Source: a bacterium
Lineage (GTDB): Bacteria; Patescibacteriota; SICC01
DNA length: 54,037 bases
Reading direction: 5' to 3'
Assembly (NCBI GenBank): GCA_030699935.1
Contig: JAUYKS010000014.1
Location: forward strand, 1-54,037
The translations under genes were made by a program, and so were the position numbers. The number at the start of each line of letters is the position of its first letter. Position 1 is the first letter of the stretch. Below, in pieces: positions 49,137-54,037 of this stretch. The notes beneath the pieces are model-generated. The model was not told the DNA's origin. It worked only from the letters and a program-made list of their open reading frames with translations, and made no database searches.

Positions 49137-49919
49137 ATGGCTGATTACACGCTCAAAGCGGAACCGCGCGAGGAAACCGGCAAACAGGTCGGGCGCTTGC
49201 GCCGCGACGGCAAGGTGCCGGCGGTGCTTTACGGACACGGCGTGAAGCCGCGGAACCTGACGCTGAGGCGCGGCGAGCTCGAGCGCGTCTATCACAAGGC
49301 GGGCGGCTCGACCGTGGTCGGCATCAAGCTCGGCGGCGACAAACCGGCCGAGGAAAACGCGCTGATCCAGGAGGTCCAGCACGACCCGCGCACCGGCCGC
49401 TACCTGCACGCCGACCTCTACCGCGTCCGGATGGACGAGAAGATCAAGGCGACCGTCCCGCTGACGTTCGAGGGAACCGCTCCGGCCGTCCGCGAGCTCG
49501 ACGGTACGCTGTTGACCAACCTCAACGAAGTCGAGGTCGAATGTCTGCCGGGAGACCTCCCGTCGGAGATCATGGTGGACGTGGAGTCGCTGGCGACGTT
49601 CGAGGATTCGATCACCGTCGCGGACCTGAAGGTCGCCGCCGGCGTGGAGATCCTCGCCGAGGAAGACGCCAGCGTCGCGACCGTCACCCCGCCGCGCACC
49701 ACGGAAGAACTCGAGGCGCTTGAAGAGGAAGACACCGAAGGCAAGCCCGAGGACACTGAGGTCGAGGGCGGCGAAGGTGAAGAGGGTGCCGAGGGCGAGG
49801 GCGGCGAGGAAGCTGCCGAAGGAAAAGGTGTCGAAGGCGAAGGCGGATCCGAAAAATCCGACGAGAAGCCGGACGACAAGGGCGACAAGGGCGACAAGAG
49901 CGACAAGAAGAAGGACTGA
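49137..49919 (+). CDS. rplY: 50S ribosomal protein L25/Ctc with long acidic tail
   Basis: LRRDGKVPAVLYGHG, QEVQHDP...HADLY, VECLPGDLP. Confidence 0.95.
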   Translation: MADYTLKAEPREETGKQVGRLRRDGKVPAVLYGHGVKPRNLTLRRGELERVYHKAGGSTVVGIKLGGDKPAEENALIQEVQHDPRTGRYLHADLYRVRMDEKIKATVPLTFEGTAPAVRELDGTLLTNLNEVEVECLPGDLPSEIMVDVESLATFEDSITVADLKVAAGVEILAEEDASVATVTPPRTTEELEALEEEDTEGKPEDTEVEGGEGEEGAEGEGGEEAAEGKGVEGEGGSEKSDEKPDDKGDKGDKSDKKKD

Positions 49920-50222
49920 TCAGCCGCCGATGCGGTAGGCGGGCTTCACGCCCAGCAAGTCGGCCAGCAGGTACGCGACGATCAGGTAGGCCAGGAAGAT
50001 CAGGATCAGGCCGAGGATCGCGTAGAGTACGGTATTCCGTGCTTTTTCGACGCCTTCGGGATTGCCCATCGAGATGATGAAGCGGAAGCCGCCGATGATG
50101 ATGAACAGCAGGGCGATCGCGCCGCCCCAGAGCAGCAGCGTGTTGATCACCTGCGCGAACACCGACGTCGGTTCGAACGCGATCAGCGGGTTGGGGATAT
50201 TAGGGGGAGTAAGCGGTTCCAT
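49920..50222 (-). CDS. TrbC/VirB2-like pilin (CPR type)
   Basis: GAIALLFIIIGGFRFIISMGNPEGVEKARNTVLYAILGL pattern. Confidence 0.82.
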   Translation of the reverse strand: MEPLTPPNIPNPLIAFEPTSVFAQVINTLLLWGGAIALLFIIIGGFRFIISMGNPEGVEKARNTVLYAILGLILIFLAYLIVAYLLADLLGVKPAYRIGG

Positions 50223-50363
50223 AATGGCCTTTTACGGCTACTGAACATATCGCATCCGGCCCGCGTTGACAAGCTGACAAGCGGGCAACTATACTACTAG
50301 CGAGCTACAATAAAGTAGCCGGAGGGCGGAGGGCGACGGACACGGGTTCACTTCTAAATCATC

Positions 50364-51125
50364 ATGAAATACTGGCTGTACATTTTGGCGGGTCTGGCAC
50401 CCGCGCTCACCCTACCGCTTCCGGCGGTGGCGGCCGACCCTTCACCGGTGCCGGTCGCCTCGCCGGCGGCGAGTCCGACCCCGGCCATAATGCCCGTGCC
50501 GGCCCCGTCCGGCGGCGAGCTCCGGATCAATGAGTTCCTGCCGAATCCGGCCGGCGTCGATACCGGCAACGAATGGATCGAGCTAAAGAACGTCAGCCCG
50601 AAAGCGCTCGACATCGGCGGGGTCAAGCTGAAGCGGCAGAACGGCACCACGGTGGCCACGGTCCCGGCGAGCACGACTTTGAATGCCGGTCAGGTGTTCC
50701 TGATGACGGCCTCCGGCAGCATGGTTAACGACGGCGATACGCTCGAACTGTGGGCCGGCACCGTGAAGGTCGATCAGGTCACGTATGACACCGCAGAAGA
50801 CGGGCTGTCGTGGGTGCGGCTCAGCGCGGCCGAAGGCGCCTGGTCCGGCCAACCGACCCCGGGCCAAGAGAACCCCTCGGAGGTTTCTTCCGGACCCGGA
50901 GGAGAAGGCAGCTCCGGTGCCGGCTCCGGCGGCGGTGCCGTGACAGACCCGACCAGCGCGTCGACCCGAGGCGGCGCGGCCGGCAGCAGCACGGTGTCCC
51001 GCCGCACCGCCGCCGCGCTGGCCAAGCGCGGACCGTTGCCGCAAGCGGGCGTCGGCACGTGGCCGTACGTCCTGCCGATGCTCCTTGCTACACTCTATGC
51101 TTACAAGACAAGAGAAGATTTATGA
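50364..51125 (+). CDS. secreted lamin-tail-domain protein with LPxTG-like C-terminus
   Basis: Signal peptide; LRINEFLPNP.G.D...EWIELKN...L.N.GD (LTD); LPQAG followed by a hydrophobic stretch. Confidence 0.82.
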   Translation: MKYWLYILAGLAPALTLPLPAVAADPSPVPVASPAASPTPAIMPVPAPSGGELRINEFLPNPAGVDTGNEWIELKNVSPKALDIGGVKLKRQNGTTVATVPASTTLNAGQVFLMTASGSMVNDGDTLELWAGTVKVDQVTYDTAEDGLSWVRLSAAEGAWSGQPTPGQENPSEVSSGPGGEGSSGAGSGGGAVTDPTSASTRGGAAGSSTVSRRTAAALAKRGPLPQAGVGTWPYVLPMLLATLYAYKTREDL

Positions 51126-51134
51126 GCCGTAACC

Positions 51135-51581
51135 ATGATTACTAATTCACCCGAAGAGACCAAGGAACTCGGCCGCCGGTTGGCGGAGATGCTGGACGGC
51201 GGCGAGAACCTGCTGCTGGTCGGCGACCTGGGAGCCGGCAAGACGCTGTTCGCGCAGGGATTGGCCGAAGGGCTCGGCGTCACCGAGCCGGTGAAGTCGC
51301 CGACTTACACCTACCTCCGCGAATACGACCTGCCGAACCGGTCGACGCGGTTGGCCCACTTCGACCTCTACCGCCTGCCCGACCGCCCGACCGAATCCGA
51401 GCTGCACTCCATCGAGCTGCCGGAGCGGCTGGCCGACCGGGACGTGATCACGGTGATCGAGTGGGCGGACAAACTGGCCGACCCCCAAAACGGGACCTGC
51501 TGGACGTTGGAATTCGCGGTTTCCGAAGACGGCAAACGGGAGATCAGCCTTCCAAAGGCGCTCCGCCGGGCGGCTTCATGA
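51135..51581 (+). CDS. tsaE: t6A biosynthesis ATPase TsaE
   Basis: GDLGAGKT, VKSPTY, HFDLYRL, IEWA. Confidence 0.95.
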   Translation: MITNSPEETKELGRRLAEMLDGGENLLLVGDLGAGKTLFAQGLAEGLGVTEPVKSPTYTYLREYDLPNRSTRLAHFDLYRLPDRPTESELHSIELPERLADRDVITVIEWADKLADPQNGTCWTLEFAVSEDGKREISLPKALRRAAS

Positions 51582-51591
51582 GGCGGTCGTC

Positions 51592-52020
51592 ATGAGGGTA
51601 TTCCTGCTGATCGATACCGCCGACGAGCCGGCGGTGATCGCGCTGGCCACCGCGAGAAAGGTGCTGGCCGAATCGACGTTGGCGGACCGGAAGCGCCTGT
51701 CGGAGGAACTGCTGTCGCGGATCGACTGGTTGTGCGCAGAGTCCGGCACGAAACTCGCCGGCCTGTCCGCGATCGGGATCGTCAACGGCCCGGGCCCGTT
51801 CACGGCGCTCCGGATTGGAACGGCCGTGGCCAACGCCCTCGGCTACGCGCACAAGCTGCCGCTGGTGCCGGTGGATCGCGAGACGGCCCCGTCGCTCCTG
51901 GCGTTCGCGAAGCTCGTCGCGGAACGGCTGCAGAAACGCGACGTCGTCAAGGCCGTGCTGCCCAACTACGGCCGCGAACCGACGATCACCCCGCCGAAGG
52001 ACCGACGCGGTACACGTTGA
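51592..52020 (+). CDS. tsaB: t6A biosynthesis protein TsaB (short form)
   Basis: IDTA, GPGPFTALRIG..VANAL; adjacent to tsaE. Confidence 0.88.
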   Translation: MRVFLLIDTADEPAVIALATARKVLAESTLADRKRLSEELLSRIDWLCAESGTKLAGLSAIGIVNGPGPFTALRIGTAVANALGYAHKLPLVPVDRETAPSLLAFAKLVAERLQKRDVVKAVLPNYGREPTITPPKDRRGTR

Positions 52021-53944
52021 TCGGGCCGGTCGGGGAATCGAACCGTTCCCAGAGCGGATACCGTTTGGCGAAGTACGCCTCGTCGACCTTGTATCCCTTG
52101 TCGCTGAGTTCGGACGGTCCGATCACCACGTAGTCGATGCCGTACTTCCGCAGGAGCGCGGGGGTCTCCGGGTCCGCTTCGTAGATGCGGGACACGTCCG
52201 CTTCCCGTCCCTTGAAGTCCAACCCGTAGCTCCAGAGCCAGCCGGAGTATCCGAGTGCCAGCCGCCGTCCGGCCAACGAGCCGATCGAGTTGTTGATCAT
52301 TTGCGAGGTCAGCCAGACGGAATCCGGCGCCGATCGCTCCCGCACGACCGCCGCGATGTCCTGTCCGACTTGGTCGAACATCACGGCGCGATAGTTGTTC
52401 GGCGGCAACGTCCGGCTGACGTCCGCCACGCCGGCCAGGATCAGGAACGGGAACAAAGCGACGACTCCGGTCCTCGCCCAGCCTCCTTTTTCAAACAGCC
52501 AGACCAGCAGCGCCGCCACGGCCGGGATGCTCATCACCAGCCAGTAGACGAGCAGCTTGGTATTGTCCCAGTCCCAGGGCTGGAAGATGTAGAGGTTCGC
52601 GATCAGCCAGACTATCGCGGCGGCTCCGGTGAACTGGAGCAGTAGCGGATTCCGTTTCCGGAGCCACCAGAACGTAACCAGCAGCAGCGGCAGGAACAAC
52701 CCGGCGTTCTTCAGCCAGAACCAGGGTAGGAATTCGCCGTGTGCCGTCCAGCCCAGTTGGTATCGGAAGAACATGTAAGACCGCACGCCGGAGGCGATCC
52801 ACAGCACTTGCGGCAGCGCCAGGATCAGGATTGGGACGACGAAATAGAGCCAGGGCGCGAGCTGACGCCACCGGCGTTTTCGGCGCCCAGCCAAGCGGCC
52901 CCAGGTCAGGAGGGCGAGGCCGGGAGTGAGCAGGCCGAGATAGACCAGCGAATGGGTGTGGACCAGCGGCAGCAGGACCGCGACCAGTCCGGCGGCCAGG
53001 AACGGCCCGCGTGGCCGGCCGGACTTGAGCCCCGCGAACAACAGGGACAGGATGGTCAGGGTCAGCGGCAACCCGAACAGAAAGGCCCGCTGCGGGATCA
53101 GGTAGGCGTAGATCGGATTGATGAAGTTGATGTTCGGGAGCGGCACGTCGCCCGACGTGATGGTGTACCCGTGCGGCAGGTCGCCCAGGAAGGTTCCCAG
53201 CGACTGGCCGGCGTTCGCGAAGTCGTCGACCAGGTTCACGAATCCCAGTCCGCCGAACAGGTAGAAGAGCACGGCGCCGGCGACCATCGCTTTGGGTCCG
53301 GCGGTCAGCCGCAGGAACGCGGTCAGCATGCCCAGCCCGGATACGATCAGGAGCACGCCGGGAATCTTCATCGCGGCCAGCAAGCCGATGCCGCCGACGG
53401 CCAGCATCGCCGAGACGAAGTTGGTAATCAGCGGGTAGGTGATCTTCTGGCCGGCCAAGGCCGTCTGTTCCGGCGGGAAGTTGTCCCCGTAGACGAAACT
53501 GGTCGTCTGGGCCAGATGTTGGTTCCAGTCGCCCCAGACGTTTCCGAACCCGGCGTAGAGCATCCCGCCGTCCTCGAACAGCGCGCGCCACATGATCGCT
53601 ATGAGCGCCGCGGCGATGCCGATGAACGCGGCCAGGCCGAGCTTGAACGACCGGCGGTGAAGCCGTTTCCGGAAGTCCCCGGCTTCGGCACCCACCTTTT
53701 CCGGGATTCCGGCGCGCCAACCGACGGCCGCGGCAGCGGCTGTCAGTACGATGCTTGCCGCGAACACGGCGCCGTCGGACAGGCCGAAGTACAGCGAATA
53801 CACGAACCCGAGCAGGCCGCCGACCGCGAGCCCGATCGGGATGCCGGCGAACATCCGTTCCTCGATGCGCAAGGCAATCGGCAGCAGGTACGCGATACTT
53901 ATGCCGAACGAGGCTGCACTGAGCAGAAAAAAGACGGAAAGCAT
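51986..53944 (-). CDS. polytopic membrane protein, GT-C-like glycosyltransferase candidate
   Basis: Many TM helices; WGDW..H first-loop motif, PQRAF, WDNTK, LAGRR...GY..W.WSYG, YGIDYVVIGP.E. Confidence 0.7.
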   Translation of the reverse strand: MLSVFFLLSAASFGISIAYLLPIALRIEERMFAGIPIGLAVGGLLGFVYSLYFGLSDGAVFAASIVLTAAAAAVGWRAGIPEKVGAEAGDFRKRLHRRSFKLGLAAFIGIAAALIAIMWRALFEDGGMLYAGFGNVWGDWNQHLAQTTSFVYGDNFPPEQTALAGQKITYPLITNFVSAMLAVGGIGLLAAMKIPGVLLIVSGLGMLTAFLRLTAGPKAMVAGAVLFYLFGGLGFVNLVDDFANAGQSLGTFLGDLPHGYTITSGDVPLPNINFINPIYAYLIPQRAFLFGLPLTLTILSLLFAGLKSGRPRGPFLAAGLVAVLLPLVHTHSLVYLGLLTPGLALLTWGRLAGRRKRRWRQLAPWLYFVVPILILALPQVLWIASGVRSYMFFRYQLGWTAHGEFLPWFWLKNAGLFLPLLLVTFWWLRKRNPLLLQFTGAAAIVWLIANLYIFQPWDWDNTKLLVYWLVMSIPAVAALLVWLFEKGGWARTGVVALFPFLILAGVADVSRTLPPNNYRAVMFDQVGQDIAAVVRERSAPDSVWLTSQMINNSIGSLAGRRLALGYSGWLWSYGLDFKGREADVSRIYEADPETPALLRKYGIDYVVIGPSELSDKGYKVDEAYFAKRYPLWERFDSPTGPINVYRVGPSAG

Positions 53945-54037
53945 ACTTGTTCAGGGTACCGTGCCGGAATTCCCCAAGCGAGCCCGGGCCGGGCCCGGAC
54001 GAAGAAGAAGCCGGGGTGGTATAGTGAAACGGAAATG

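Noticed and set aside
49720-49916. Low-complexity GAA/GGC and GACAAGGGC repeats
   Set aside because: They encode the ordinary acidic disordered tail of L25/Ctc

Overview
High-GC bacterial chromosomal segment, standard code 11. Gene content suggests Patescibacteria/CPR (inference from the VirB2-like pilin, CPR-type GT2, short TsaB, HTH-HATPase/STAS pair and M23 proteins with NBR1-Ig-like repeats). Housekeeping genes include ychF, a Xer-type recombinase, uppP, dedA, ndk, pyrC-pyrB, an atp operon that stops after atpG, rplY, tsaE/tsaB and four tRNAs (Arg-CCT, Asp-GTC, Thr-CGT, Gly-CCC). They are interspersed with single-gene accessory insertions. Most notable: (1) a DnaA domain-IV/actinobacterial mIHF-like fusion, one of several orphan, degenerate, apparently host-type proteins (extended sigma-70, divergent ArgC, truncated Asd, FHA-like); (2) recurring membrane-ORFan units with a promoter, boxA-like motif, SD and long downstream hairpins, against a background of apparently leaderless core genes; (3) an AT-rich 106-bp element with perfect 17-bp inverted ends; (4) an HNH-RecQ fusion; (5) CAD-like DHOase-ATCase genes; (6) micro-duplications repeatedly spanning stop codons. 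No CRISPR array, rRNA or transposase was seen. All family calls are by-eye motif recognition, not database searches.
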